A stretch of DNA of 64,000 nt from Patescibacteria group bacterium (GTDB lineage Bacteria > Patescibacteriota > Minisyncoccia > Phycocordibacterales > PALSA-1337). Positions 15,940 to 25,042 of the stretch are shown here, piece after piece. The stretch spans positions 70,042-134,041 of the forward strand of contig JBBTRB010000004.1 of NCBI GenBank assembly GCA_038065395.1, in the 5' to 3' direction. The translations under genes and the position numbers were made by a program. The notes beneath the pieces are model-generated. The model searched no databases, was not told the origin of the DNA, and saw nothing but the letters and a program-made list of their open reading frames with translations. How positions within the stretch are numbered: the stretch's first letter is position 1; each line of letters begins with the position of its first letter.

Positions 15940-15947
15940 GGGTTAAA

Positions 15948-15977
15948 CAAAAAACCGCCAATGTGGCGGTTTTTTTG
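15948..15977. terminator. Bidirectional rho-independent terminator (aaaaaaccgccaatgtggcggttttttt)
   Basis: Stem ccgcca/tggcgg flanked by A and T runs. It lies downstream of the 14965-15939 gene and of tRNA-like RNA copy 2. Confidence 0.75.
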
Positions 15978-16046
15978 TTGGGACTTACCTTTTAGAATCC
16001 TCCCTCAGCAATGCAATAAGTGTATTCTAAAGTTAGTAAGAAGTCA

Positions 16047-16116
16047 AGGTGGAGGTGAGGGGAATCGAACTCCCTAAGTCCTTCTTGCTGAGGGAAGACT
16101 TCCTCCAAGGCACCCC
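16047..16116 (-). ncRNA. tRNA-like small RNA, copy 2 (70 nt; CC encoded, terminal A not encoded)
   Basis: Acceptor GGGGGUG/CACCUCC. T-arm AGGGAG-UUCGAUU-CCCCU, with one mismatch. Conserved leader with hairpin GGAAAGUGAAAACUUUCC. Preceded by motif copy F. Confidence 0.5.
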
Positions 16117-16161
16117 CACGCAGGAAAGTTTTCACTTTCCGCAAAGTAACCATAACAGGGT

Positions 16162-16204
16162 GGTATGAAGAAATGATGAATTTAGTCTCAAGAAACGATA
16201 AAAT
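16162..16204 (-). promoter_or_regulatory. Conserved upstream motif, copy F (tttatcgtttcttgagactaaattcatcatttcttcatacc)
   Basis: Near-identical to copies A-C over its first 27 nt. Confidence 0.55.
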
Positions 16205-16314
16205 ATCAAGGATATTGACAGATATGTCACTAACATGGTATAATTGATATGGATTTGAAAGGCTAGAGTTATTAAATACATTGCCCACACGGGTAAATGG
16301 CTCTAGATTGAGAT

Positions 16315-16701
16315 ATGAACAAAGAACAACTCATTGAAAAGAACAAACAGTTGGTTGAAGTATTGGAAGGTCGAGATGCTCTTCGGCATGATCCTCTATT
16401 TTGTCAGGACATGGTGAGCAAACTCACCGACATGATCGCTGAAATGAAAAGACTTGATAATGAAGAACTTTCCGCATTCATTTCCGGTCCATACTTCATC
16501 CTTATCCGGACCTTTGGTTCAGTTGAGCTCAAAGGAGTTAAGGATTCATGTCAGAGCCTCTCTCAGGTTAATGAGGCGCTTGATAATGTTCTGCGTGTAG
16601 TGTGTGATGTACCGGCGACGTTCGGACTGATCTCGAAGATATGCGAAGTTTTGTCTGAGAAGGAAGCACTTCTTCGTCGCTATCTTTCCAGGGATTTGTA
16701 A
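16315..16701 (+). CDS. Hypothetical protein
   Basis: 128-aa ORF with ordinary codon usage and no recognisable motif, followed by a terminator. Confidence 0.45.
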   Translation: MNKEQLIEKNKQLVEVLEGRDALRHDPLFCQDMVSKLTDMIAEMKRLDNEELSAFISGPYFILIRTFGSVELKGVKDSCQSLSQVNEALDNVLRVVCDVPATFGLISKICEVLSEKEALLRRYLSRDL

Positions 16702-16715
16702 TCAATGCTACTGAA

Positions 16716-16756
16716 AACAAAAAACGCTATCCTTGCCGATAGCGTTTTCTTTTTTA
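16716..16756. terminator. Bidirectional rho-independent terminator (aaaacgctatccttgccgatagcgtttt + T-run)
   Basis: Stem aacgctatc/gatagcgtt. Shared by the convergent typA (-) and 16315-16701 (+) genes. Confidence 0.7.
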
Positions 16757-16763
16757 TATTCCC

Positions 16764-18551
16764 CTACTTCAAATCCTTTCTACTGGCCTTCGCTCTATCG
16801 AGTGCGGTCAAGAACTTTTGACGGAGACGGATGTTCTTCGGAGTGATCTCGAGATATTGGTCGTCACGGATGAGTTCGAGGCCGCGTTCGATCGAGAGTT
16901 CGAAGTGGGGTACGAGTGCCAGAGCCTCGTCTTTGCCGGATGAGCGCATGTTACTGAGCTGCTTGCCTTTGCACGGGTTGACCTCCATGTCGTCACCTTT
17001 GGATGTGTCACCGACGACCATACCTTCGTAGACTTCGATAGCAGGAGGGATATACAGACGTCCGCGATCCTGAAGATTCCAGAGAGAGAAGCCGAGAGAC
17101 TTGCCAGAGACCATGGAGGTCATGGCACCCGTCTCGCGACGTTCGATCTCGCCGGCATATGGCTTGAATCCAGTGACACGACTCGACATGATGCCTTCGC
17201 CCTTTGTGTCGATGATGAAAACGTTACGATAGCCGAGCAGTCCACGAGTAGGGATATCGAATGTCATACGGCACTGGTTGCCATGAGTCTTCATGTCACT
17301 CATGATGCCTTTGCGCTTGCCGAGCTTTTCAATGATGGCACCAGAATATTCCTGAGGACAGTCGATGATGAGTTCCTCGAATGGTTCGAGTTTGACACCA
17401 CCCTCTTCTTTGATGATGACTTGTGGTTGAGAGACCTGGACTTCATAGCCTTCGTTACGCATGTTCTCGAGGAGAATAGCGATATGGAGCTCGCCACGAC
17501 CAGAGACGGTGAAATATTCACTCGTAGAAAAGTCGACTTTGAGACCGACGTTGATCTCGAGTTCTTGCTCGAGACGTTCGCGGATCTGGCGTCCAGTCAC
17601 GAAGGTGCCTTCACGTCCAGCGAAAGGTGAATTGTTAACCAAGAATTGCAGGGAAATGGTCGGCTCATCGACAGTGATGGCAGGCATAGCAGGAGTAGTC
17701 TCTGTGTCAGTCAGAGTTTCTCCGATGTAGATGTCGGGTAGACCAGCGACAGTGACGATATCTCCTGACTCTGCTTCGGGGATCTCTACGCGCTTCTTGC
17801 CACTGAAGGTGAAGAGTTTGGTGACGCGACCTTGGACAGACTTGCCTTGCATGTCTTTGACCCATACGGTCTGGCCGTCTTTGATCTTGCCATCATAGAT
17901 ACGGGCGATCGCGAGACGTCCGAGGAAGTTGTCATAGCCAAGGTTGAAAACCTGGGCAGCGAGTGGGGCGTCTACACTCTTGTTGGCAGGGGGGACATGT
18001 TCGAGGACGACGTCAAGAAGTGGCGAGAGGTCCTTGAATTCATCGGTGAGCTTGCGCTTGGCGACACCTTGGCGACCGATGGCGTAGAGTGTAGGGAAGT
18101 CGAGCTGAGCATCGTTGGCACCGAGTTCCATGAAGAGTTCGAGGACTTGGTCATGGGTACGTGCAGGATCTGCGGCCTGCTTGTCGATCTTGTTGATGAT
18201 GACGATAGGCTTGAGACCGAGCTCCAATGACTTTTTGAGCACGAAACGTGTTTGTGGCATCGGGCCTTCCTGAGCGTCAACAACCAGGAGAACTGTGTCG
18301 ATCGAACGGAGTACGCGCTCTACCTCTGAGCCGAAGTCAGCGTGACCAGGAGTGTCGACGATGTTGATCTTAGTGTCTTTGTAGAGGATGGAGGTGTTCT
18401 TGGCATATATAGTAATACCACGCTTTTGTTCGAGCGCGTTGGAGTCCATAGACCCTTCGTCGGCATGACCTGACTGAGTCATCAAAGCATCGGTAAGAGT
18501 AGTCTTGCCGTGGTCTACGTGAGCGATAATGGCGATATTACGAATTTGCAT
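16764..18551 (-). CDS. typA: Translational GTPase TypA/BipA
   Basis: MQIRNIAIIAHVDHGKTTLTDALM G1 motif, DTPGHADF, NKIDK. EF-G-like domain order and length (595 aa). Confidence 0.95.
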   Translation of the reverse strand: MQIRNIAIIAHVDHGKTTLTDALMTQSGHADEGSMDSNALEQKRGITIYAKNTSILYKDTKINIVDTPGHADFGSEVERVLRSIDTVLLVVDAQEGPMPQTRFVLKKSLELGLKPIVIINKIDKQAADPARTHDQVLELFMELGANDAQLDFPTLYAIGRQGVAKRKLTDEFKDLSPLLDVVLEHVPPANKSVDAPLAAQVFNLGYDNFLGRLAIARIYDGKIKDGQTVWVKDMQGKSVQGRVTKLFTFSGKKRVEIPEAESGDIVTVAGLPDIYIGETLTDTETTPAMPAITVDEPTISLQFLVNNSPFAGREGTFVTGRQIRERLEQELEINVGLKVDFSTSEYFTVSGRGELHIAILLENMRNEGYEVQVSQPQVIIKEEGGVKLEPFEELIIDCPQEYSGAIIEKLGKRKGIMSDMKTHGNQCRMTFDIPTRGLLGYRNVFIIDTKGEGIMSSRVTGFKPYAGEIERRETGAMTSMVSGKSLGFSLWNLQDRGRLYIPPAIEVYEGMVVGDTSKGDDMEVNPCKGKQLSNMRSSGKDEALALVPHFELSIERGLELIRDDQYLEITPKNIRLRQKFLTALDRAKASRKDLK

Positions 18552-18697
18552 GAAAATATAAGGTAAAAATCTTGAGGATAATAAAAAGAGCCAAGGGCTC
18601 TGATGCCTCTAGTAAAGCATAAAAACAGGGAATTAGTCAAATATAAAAATCCCCGCCGAAACGACTGGGCGGGGATGTGTGGGGTGAATGGATCGGA

Positions 18698-19567
18698 CTA
18701 GCGGTTGGAAGCCAGCATTGAATCGCCAACAGGTCTCCTGCTTGTATCGAAGTGATACCTGCGAACGACAGGCGGGTCGTCTTGAGTTACGACATTCATA
18801 GGATCATCCGGATGGAGAATCTTATGAATCTCCCGATGGATGGGATGCGTAGGTGTCCTGAGTCTGTTGAGGGCAGTCTGGAAAATGTCCTTCCAGGGTG
18901 ACCCTTGAGCTCTTTTGAGCAATTCTACCAGGAACATATCCAGCCTTTCGGTGAGTTCGACTTCACGAGACAGGTGGATACACTGGGTTCCCATCTGCTT
19001 GAGCATCGGGAATGTGCCAGTGACGCACTGATCCCAGCGTCGGTTGAGTATCTCTGGAGTCAACTCCTTTTCGACTCGTACTTCACTGGTTGCGCCTTGC
19101 ACCATCAACTGCTTCTGTCGTTCTTTGTGACGTTTGAACATCGAGTCGTCAGATTGTTGCCGACTCGCGTCAATGTTCACGGGGTAGGCACGACTGAAGA
19201 TGGTGAGCACTTCTTCCCATTGTGGCCATGTCCGAGGGACACCACCGAGCAGAAATATTCTCGCTGTCGGAATACTCTGTCGGATTTCTGCCAGCCATAC
19301 CCTCAATGTTTCCATTGTTACGTCATCGGGCGCGTAATAACCGAGCGCTGAGGGAGGAAGGCATTTCCTGATGCGAGCCCCGAGAGGCGACTTCAGGTTC
19401 ACTCCCCATTTGAAGAGTATCTGGCTCATGTCGAAACGTATGACGACTCGAGGACTAGCTTTGAATTTCGGCTTCAGGAGTAGTTCGAATAAATCGAGCA
19501 AAGTCGACTTTCCGTTCCCTCCTACTCCTGTTGCTACAACTGCTTCAATCGTATCGTGTACGGGCAT
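18698..19567 (-). CDS. P-loop NTPase of unknown function (Walker A ATGVGGNGKST)
   Basis: GxxGxGKST Walker A near the N-terminus. No further family-specific motifs recognised. Confidence 0.4.
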   Translation of the reverse strand: MPVHDTIEAVVATGVGGNGKSTLLDLFELLLKPKFKASPRVVIRFDMSQILFKWGVNLKSPLGARIRKCLPPSALGYYAPDDVTMETLRVWLAEIRQSIPTARIFLLGGVPRTWPQWEEVLTIFSRAYPVNIDASRQQSDDSMFKRHKERQKQLMVQGATSEVRVEKELTPEILNRRWDQCVTGTFPMLKQMGTQCIHLSREVELTERLDMFLVELLKRAQGSPWKDIFQTALNRLRTPTHPIHREIHKILHPDDPMNVVTQDDPPVVRRYHFDTSRRPVGDSMLASNR

Positions 19568-19745
19568 GCATTAAGTGTGGTTGAGTGTTTTTGTTTGTTT
19601 TTTGAAAAACTGCAAGCTGAACACCAGTCCGTTTCCGGATCCATATTCTGAAGAACAGCCGGCGAAAATCATATCATACTTTTGGAGAAAAGCAACAGGG
19701 TTGGGGAGAACGTGGGGATAGATGCCAGGACAGACTCTGACAGAT

Positions 19746-19787
19746 TTTATCGTTTCTTGAGACTAAATTCATACGGATTTTATCTCG
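19746..19787 (+). promoter_or_regulatory. Conserved upstream motif, copy B (tttatcgtttcttgagactaaattcatacggattttatctcg), upstream of pilB
   Basis: 41/42 identical to copy C and 39/42 identical to copy A. Confidence 0.55.
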
Positions 19788-19805
19788 CTCCTTTATCATA
19801 GCTCC

Positions 19806-20906
19806 ATGGATCATACTGTACTCAATTCACTTTCGGTCATAGAGCTTGTTGATGCACTCCTTCTGCATGCAGTGGGAGTCGGTGCATCAGACATACATTG
19901 CGACCCATGTGAGACGGGTATCTCGGTGCGCATGCGAGTCGATGGTATCGTCGAACATATAGGTGTGTTGTCGCGAGTATCACGTGAGGCGTTCATCGCG
20001 CGGCTCAAGATCCTTTCGGGAGCACGTACTGACATCCATCTCATACCACAAGATGGTAGATGGGCCGCGAACCTCGGTGCGCCGTATACTGTCCGCATTT
20101 CTTTTATGCCGACGTACCATGGAGAGAATGCCGTGATGCGACTCTTGCCCGTGCATACAGTCAGAGATATATCTCTACTCAAACTCGGATTCACTTATAG
20201 TCATATACAGGCACTCTCTACGGCCATATCCAAGACCAGTGGTCTCATATTGGTGACGGGACCGACTGGATCTGGCAAGACGACCACGCTCCATGCATGT
20301 TTGGCACACAAGGCCTCCAGAGACATCTCGATGATCACTCTCGAAGACCCGATCGAGTATGAGATACCAGGGATCCGACAGGTACATGTCAGATACGACC
20401 AGGGTATGAACTTTGCCCAGGGGTTGCGAGCGGCGCTCCGACAGGATCCGGACGTGATCATGGTCGGAGAGATCCGTGATGCAGAGACTGCCCAGGTGGC
20501 TATTCATACGGCGCTGACAGGGCATCTGGTGTTGTCGACACTACATACTAACTCCGCGCTCGAGACTATCCCGCGTCTTGTTGATATGGGAGTAGATCCA
20601 TATCTTCTAGCGGCGACATTGGTAGCTGTTGTGGGGCAACGACTGGTACGTACGCTGTGTTCTGGGTGCAATGGAGAGTTGTGTGTGCAGTGTCGTCAGA
20701 CAGGGTATATGGGAAGGAGTGTGATCGCAGAAGTGTGCGTCATCGATGCCGAACTCAAGAAGCTCATCGCACGGAAGGCGTCTTCAACAGAATACATAGA
20801 GCACGCTTTGGTGCAGGATTTTTGTACCATGGCATATGATGCCGCCGAAAAGGTCGAATGGGGTATTACTACCGAACAAGAAGTTCGTCGCGTTCTCCAT
20901 ATATAA
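19806..20906 (+). CDS. pilB: Type IV pilus/T2SS assembly ATPase (GspE/PilB family, core-only)
   Basis: Walker A LVTGPTGSGKTTTL. Asp box. Walker B VGEIRD. His box LVLSTLHTNSA. Tetracysteine CSGCNGELCVQCRQTGY. Confidence 0.85.
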   Translation: MDHTVLNSLSVIELVDALLLHAVGVGASDIHCDPCETGISVRMRVDGIVEHIGVLSRVSREAFIARLKILSGARTDIHLIPQDGRWAANLGAPYTVRISFMPTYHGENAVMRLLPVHTVRDISLLKLGFTYSHIQALSTAISKTSGLILVTGPTGSGKTTTLHACLAHKASRDISMITLEDPIEYEIPGIRQVHVRYDQGMNFAQGLRAALRQDPDVIMVGEIRDAETAQVAIHTALTGHLVLSTLHTNSALETIPRLVDMGVDPYLLAATLVAVVGQRLVRTLCSGCNGELCVQCRQTGYMGRSVIAEVCVIDAELKKLIARKASSTEYIEHALVQDFCTMAYDAAEKVEWGITTEQEVRRVLHI

Positions 20907-20910
20907 CCTC

Positions 20911-21972
20911 ATGCCTCTACCCTTACCCTCATACAAACAGAAATGGAGTCGTCGTAAGGTGACCCTGTTGCTCGAAAAGATCGAACTCTATCTCTCTGCA
21001 GGACTGAGCCTCGACCGAGCGTGTGATGTTGTATCACAGGGGATAGCAAAGAAAGATGCTCTTCGTATCCAGTCGCTCCGCCAAGATATCGAAAGGGGCG
21101 TTTCGTTGTCTGTCAGTCTGACTGAACACATCGGCATATCGTCGACGACCGCCACACTCATCCGTCATGGTGAGATGTCGGGTCAGCTGCCCAGAGCCTT
21201 GAGAACTTCACGGATATTGATAGAAAAGTCCGACGACATCATCCAGACATGTATATCAGCTCTTGCATACCCGAGTCTGATCGGTCTCTGTACTGCAGGG
21301 ATTACTCTCGGCTTGTTACGTGGAGTGATGCCACAGATCATACCGATGCTCAACAATCTCCATGTCGAACTGCCACTGCTCACCAAGATCGTGATCGCCC
21401 TTTCCGAAGGGATAGTCTTGTATGGCGGGTATGTCGTCTTGATGTTCATGGTGTTCGCGGTTCTGGGCACATATCTCTATCGTCGATATCGAGGTGTTCG
21501 TAGCATATGTCACCGTGTACTGACCTCTCTACCTATTTCAGGGAAGATATTGAACTCCTATCACGTCTCGCTTTTCTTGCGTTCACTGGGGTCACTCGTG
21601 GACTCAGGGTTGTCTATCTCGTATGTGTATCCGCATGTTGCACGAGGAGTGTCACTCGTGCCGCTTCAAGACATGTTGTCGGCTCGAGGGGATGATATCG
21701 AAAGGGGTACAGCGCTCGGTACCATCCTCACACATAGCCGGATCGCAGACTATGTCCCACCACTAGTATCTGCAGGAGAGAAGTCAGGGACACTAGGTCC
21801 GTCACTTATCCGAGCCGCAGATATTCTCGATCGAGATATAGAACGCTCTCTGAAACGTATGACATCGCTCATCGAGCCGCTGATGATGGTCTGTATGGGA
21901 TGCGTGGTCGGGGCGATCGCTTTATCCATCATGTTGCCTATATATGATATATCCAAAGTCTTACAACACTAG
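20911..21972 (+). CDS. pilC: Type IV pilus/T2SS platform protein (GspF/PilC family)
   Basis: Two GspF repeats with three TM segments. The start is placed at ATG 20911, directly after the pilB stop. Confidence 0.8.
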   Translation: MPLPLPSYKQKWSRRKVTLLLEKIELYLSAGLSLDRACDVVSQGIAKKDALRIQSLRQDIERGVSLSVSLTEHIGISSTTATLIRHGEMSGQLPRALRTSRILIEKSDDIIQTCISALAYPSLIGLCTAGITLGLLRGVMPQIIPMLNNLHVELPLLTKIVIALSEGIVLYGGYVVLMFMVFAVLGTYLYRRYRGVRSICHRVLTSLPISGKILNSYHVSLFLRSLGSLVDSGLSISYVYPHVARGVSLVPLQDMLSARGDDIERGTALGTILTHSRIADYVPPLVSAGEKSGTLGPSLIRAADILDRDIERSLKRMTSLIEPLMMVCMGCVVGAIALSIMLPIYDISKVLQH

Positions 21973-23323
21973 AGGTATGATCCTGATCGATATCATGATC
22001 GCCCTTTCGGTAGGGGTGCTTTTCGTTGCGGTTCTTTTTGAATCCTCGAGTACGGCACGGAGCCTCTTCGTTTGGAGTCGTGATCGCAGTAGATTCATGG
22101 ATATATATGAAGCGCATGCAGATGAATTCGAAGGTATGGTTCCTTCGGAGGTACGTACGCTCTCTGTAGTACATGACGCTACTCCTGTCGATCTTGTGGC
22201 CAGGGCACGATGGTATGGCAATGACCGGATCGAAACTGAGGTGACCGTCGGTGGTACGGTGACATTTTCTGCAGTGCGGGCGTATCCGTTTGCTGAGAGG
22301 GATGAGTCAGTATATACACCGATATGCTCCGTTGATCTCTATCGTACAGGAGTCATCAGGGTTGTACCCATTCTTATCCCTGGAATATCCGGCGAACTCA
22401 CTGATATCGAGGTACGCAATACGACAGCCTATATATCAGTTGATTCTGCTCGGGTCTCTGATCCGGATTTTGTAGTCGTGGATATTGCCAGCTCCTCGGA
22501 TCCTCGTATCATCTCGTCTATCCATACTGGTCCCGGCATGAGCTCGTTCTCATTGGTCGGTAGACGTATCTTTGCAGTTACGCAGAGTACGGTGGCACAG
22601 GTGCAGATCCTCGGTCTCGATGATGCGCAAGGTCTGCATCTAGAACAGAGTTACGTCTTGGTACGTCCGAGCACGACGACTCCTCCGACGGTCGGTAGTG
22701 CGACATTTGTGGCAGATGGGATGATGTTCGTCGGTACCGAGAAATGGCAAGGAAATGAGTTTATCGTGCTCGACGTGTCTGACCCTCTCCGCATAGTTCC
22801 GAGAGGGATGTTGGAGATAGGTGGCAAAGTCACCGACATCATCTCGCATCACGGTACGGCATATGTCACGGATGCCGCCGCATACCAGATGATCGCTGTA
22901 GATGTTACGGACCCTAGTGATCCGGTAGTACAGAACTCCTTCGAGCCTCCCGGTTGGAGTAGGCAAGAAGGCAAGACGCTATCGTATTTCGAAGAAGGAC
23001 TGACTCTCGGGCGTACCTCTGGCGGGTTCGACATCAGGTCGGAACATGAGCTGTTCTCCTGGGCTTCGACGTCGCCCCCGTCAGGTATATCTTCTTGGAA
23101 TATGCCCGGTGGAGCATATGGGATAGTGACAGATCGTATGCATACGTTCGTTGCAAGTCGGCAGAGAGATGCGGAGCTCCAGGTATTCGGACGAGACATG
23201 TCGACTGGTCCGATAGCGACATACCCCCTACCCGCATTGGCTCGAGGGCTCGTCTGTGACGGAGACCGTATGTATATGGTAGACAGCTCAACACCCACTC
23301 TGTATGAAATATCATTCAACTAA
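21944..23323 (+). CDS. Large pseudopilin-like protein: prepilin-type N-terminus fused to an LVIVD-repeat beta-propeller
   Basis: Leader MIYPKSYNTRG, then MILIDIMIALSVGVLFVAV (class III signal-like, Asp at +5). Repeated v.DvSdP..P..v units (VVDIASSSDPRII, IVLDVSDPLRIVP, IAVDVTDPSDPVV), i.e. LVIVD repeats. It overlaps the pilC 3' end by 29 nt. Confidence 0.55.
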   Translation: MIYPKSYNTRGMILIDIMIALSVGVLFVAVLFESSSTARSLFVWSRDRSRFMDIYEAHADEFEGMVPSEVRTLSVVHDATPVDLVARARWYGNDRIETEVTVGGTVTFSAVRAYPFAERDESVYTPICSVDLYRTGVIRVVPILIPGISGELTDIEVRNTTAYISVDSARVSDPDFVVVDIASSSDPRIISSIHTGPGMSSFSLVGRRIFAVTQSTVAQVQILGLDDAQGLHLEQSYVLVRPSTTTPPTVGSATFVADGMMFVGTEKWQGNEFIVLDVSDPLRIVPRGMLEIGGKVTDIISHHGTAYVTDAAAYQMIAVDVTDPSDPVVQNSFEPPGWSRQEGKTLSYFEEGLTLGRTSGGFDIRSEHELFSWASTSPPSGISSWNMPGGAYGIVTDRMHTFVASRQRDAELQVFGRDMSTGPIATYPLPALARGLVCDGDRMYMVDSSTPTLYEISFN

Positions 23324-23480
23324 TCACACTCAGTCACAGGGGATGACGTTGATAGAGATCGTCATATACACGTCTCTATTATCGCTCCTCGTGGCCAGTC
23401 ATATTGCCTATACCTATGAGATACAGCTCCATAATATCAACCTATCCCATGAGATCACTGATGCCGAGAACAACCAGTAA
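23304..23480 (+). CDS. Small type IV pilin-like protein (58 aa; below the ORF-track cutoff)
   Basis: Translation MKYHSTNHTQSQG|MTLIEIVIYTSLLSLLVASHIAY... shows the classical prepilin signature: G at -1, Met at +1, Glu at +5 and a hydrophobic helix. It overlaps its neighbours by 20 nt on each side. Confidence 0.5.
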   Translation: MKYHSTNHTQSQGMTLIEIVIYTSLLSLLVASHIAYTYEIQLHNINLSHEITDAENNQ

Positions 23481-23748
23481 AGGCTTCATCGCATTGATAG
23501 CGGTGTGTATGCTTGTCACGGGAACATTGGCAGGGACAGTCGCGATCCTGGTCAGAGCCGATGCCTATGCAGACACAGTCAGGCGACGCGAGATGAGGAT
23601 ACAGAGGAGGCTCGATGTCCATGCATGTCTCGATACGGTCAATCTCATGATCACTCGAGATGTGTTTTTGCGGGGAGCTGTATATATTCGAGATTTTGAT
23701 TGTAGGGTATACGTGGATAGTGATGGTCGTGTGACAGTGATCGAGTAG
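23461..23748 (+). CDS. Pilin-like (minor pilin/pseudopilin) protein
   Basis: MPRTTSKG|FIALIAVCMLVTGTLAGTVAIL is a prepilin-like leader plus hydrophobic helix, with no Glu at +5. The ATG lies inside the 3' end of the preceding small pilin gene. Confidence 0.45.
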   Translation: MPRTTSKGFIALIAVCMLVTGTLAGTVAILVRADAYADTVRRREMRIQRRLDVHACLDTVNLMITRDVFLRGAVYIRDFDCRVYVDSDGRVTVIE

Positions 23749-23778
23749 CAGACTCCCCCTAGGGTAGACCTAGGAAAA

Positions 23779-23821
23779 TTTTATCGTTTCTTGAGACTAA
23801 ATTCATACGGATTTTATCTCG
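23779..23821 (+). promoter_or_regulatory. Conserved upstream motif, copy C, upstream of the major pilin gene
   Basis: tttatcgtttcttgagactaaattcatacggattttatctcg. Confidence 0.55.
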
Positions 23822-23861
23822 TGGTGTTACGGTAGATGTATTACTCATAAACAATACACAT

Positions 23862-24332
23862 ATGTATATACATCAACACAAGAAACAAGGTTTCACCCTT
23901 ATCGAAGTACTCGTAGTCATCGGCATCATCGCACTCTTATCAGCGGTCGTCATCGTTGCAGTCAACCCCGCTCGTCAATTCAAACTAGCTCGAGATTCGC
24001 AGAGAACCAGTAACGTCAATTCGATCGTCAACGCACTTCACCAAAACATGGCAGAGCATCGAGGGTCTCTGGTATGTGCCGGAGTCACTCGGACTATACC
24101 GCTCGTTGCTACCGTGATCAGGAGTGGTGCTGCAGGATATGAGGGCGACATTGCCTCATGCATAGTACCCGACTATATCGGTGCAGTACCATTCGATCCG
24201 GTTATTATGGGAGCACATTTTACAGATAGTACAGACTATATGACAGGCTACGAGATATTCCGTGACGCTCAGGGTAGGATCACTGCAAGCTCAACCGGGG
24301 AGCTTGTTCAGACGATATCGGTGACAAAGTAA
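23862..24332 (+). CDS. pilA: Type IV major pilin (PilA/ComGC-like)
   Basis: MYIHQHKKQG|FTLIEVLVVIGIIALLSAVVIVAV is a canonical class III signal (G-1, F+1, E+5). Confidence 0.75.
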   Translation: MYIHQHKKQGFTLIEVLVVIGIIALLSAVVIVAVNPARQFKLARDSQRTSNVNSIVNALHQNMAEHRGSLVCAGVTRTIPLVATVIRSGAAGYEGDIASCIVPDYIGAVPFDPVIMGAHFTDSTDYMTGYEIFRDAQGRITASSTGELVQTISVTK

Positions 24333-24392
24333 AAAACCACCTTTATACAAATGCCTACTTTAGTAATCAGTATGTTATAATATCGAACACAT

Positions 24393-25019
24393 ATGGCCAA
24401 TACGCTCTCATATCAATCTTCCCTCGAGCAACAGACATCTGTTCCTGTTATGTCTACACCTGTGATCCAGATCGGACACATGGAGGCATTCGTGGGTATT
24501 GTTGTATTTCTCGTAGGTTTGGTTATTTCTTGGGGAACCCTCAGAGCGAAACTTGATCATGTTGCAAGTACTCTCAAAGACAAGATAGAACCAGATCTCA
24601 TGGATGTTCGAGAGAAGTTCACTACGGTGAAGGATCGCGTCGAGACATTGTGGCAAGATAGATTTGCCCCTTCTCGATCACCGAGACAACTCAACGAACG
24701 AGGAGAGAATGTTCTCCGTGAAAGTGGCATTACACACATTCTTTCCAGGATACGACTACAGCTTCTTGATGAGATAAAGACCAAAAATCCTGCGAATGCA
24801 TATGATGCAGAACAAGTTGTATTAGAAGTAGTATCAGATATAACAAAACATCATCCAGAGGTTCTCGACGAACTCAAGAATGGAGCTTTCAGAGTTGGAG
24901 AAAATATAGATACTGTATTGCTCGTAGGAGGTATTCACTTGAGAAATGAGATATTTCCTGAACTCGGTTTCTCGTTGACTGATCTCGATATGCCAACACA
25001 TTCTGAAAGAGGAAAGTAA
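24393..25019 (+). CDS. Hypothetical single-TM protein, possibly a pilus-associated (PilN/PilO-like) component
   Basis: One TM helix followed by predicted coiled coil. Assigned by position after the pilin gene only. Confidence 0.35.
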   Translation: MANTLSYQSSLEQQTSVPVMSTPVIQIGHMEAFVGIVVFLVGLVISWGTLRAKLDHVASTLKDKIEPDLMDVREKFTTVKDRVETLWQDRFAPSRSPRQLNERGENVLRESGITHILSRIRLQLLDEIKTKNPANAYDAEQVVLEVVSDITKHHPEVLDELKNGAFRVGENIDTVLLVGGIHLRNEIFPELGFSLTDLDMPTHSERGK

Positions 25020-25042
25020 TTCACATTCCGATATGCCCATAA

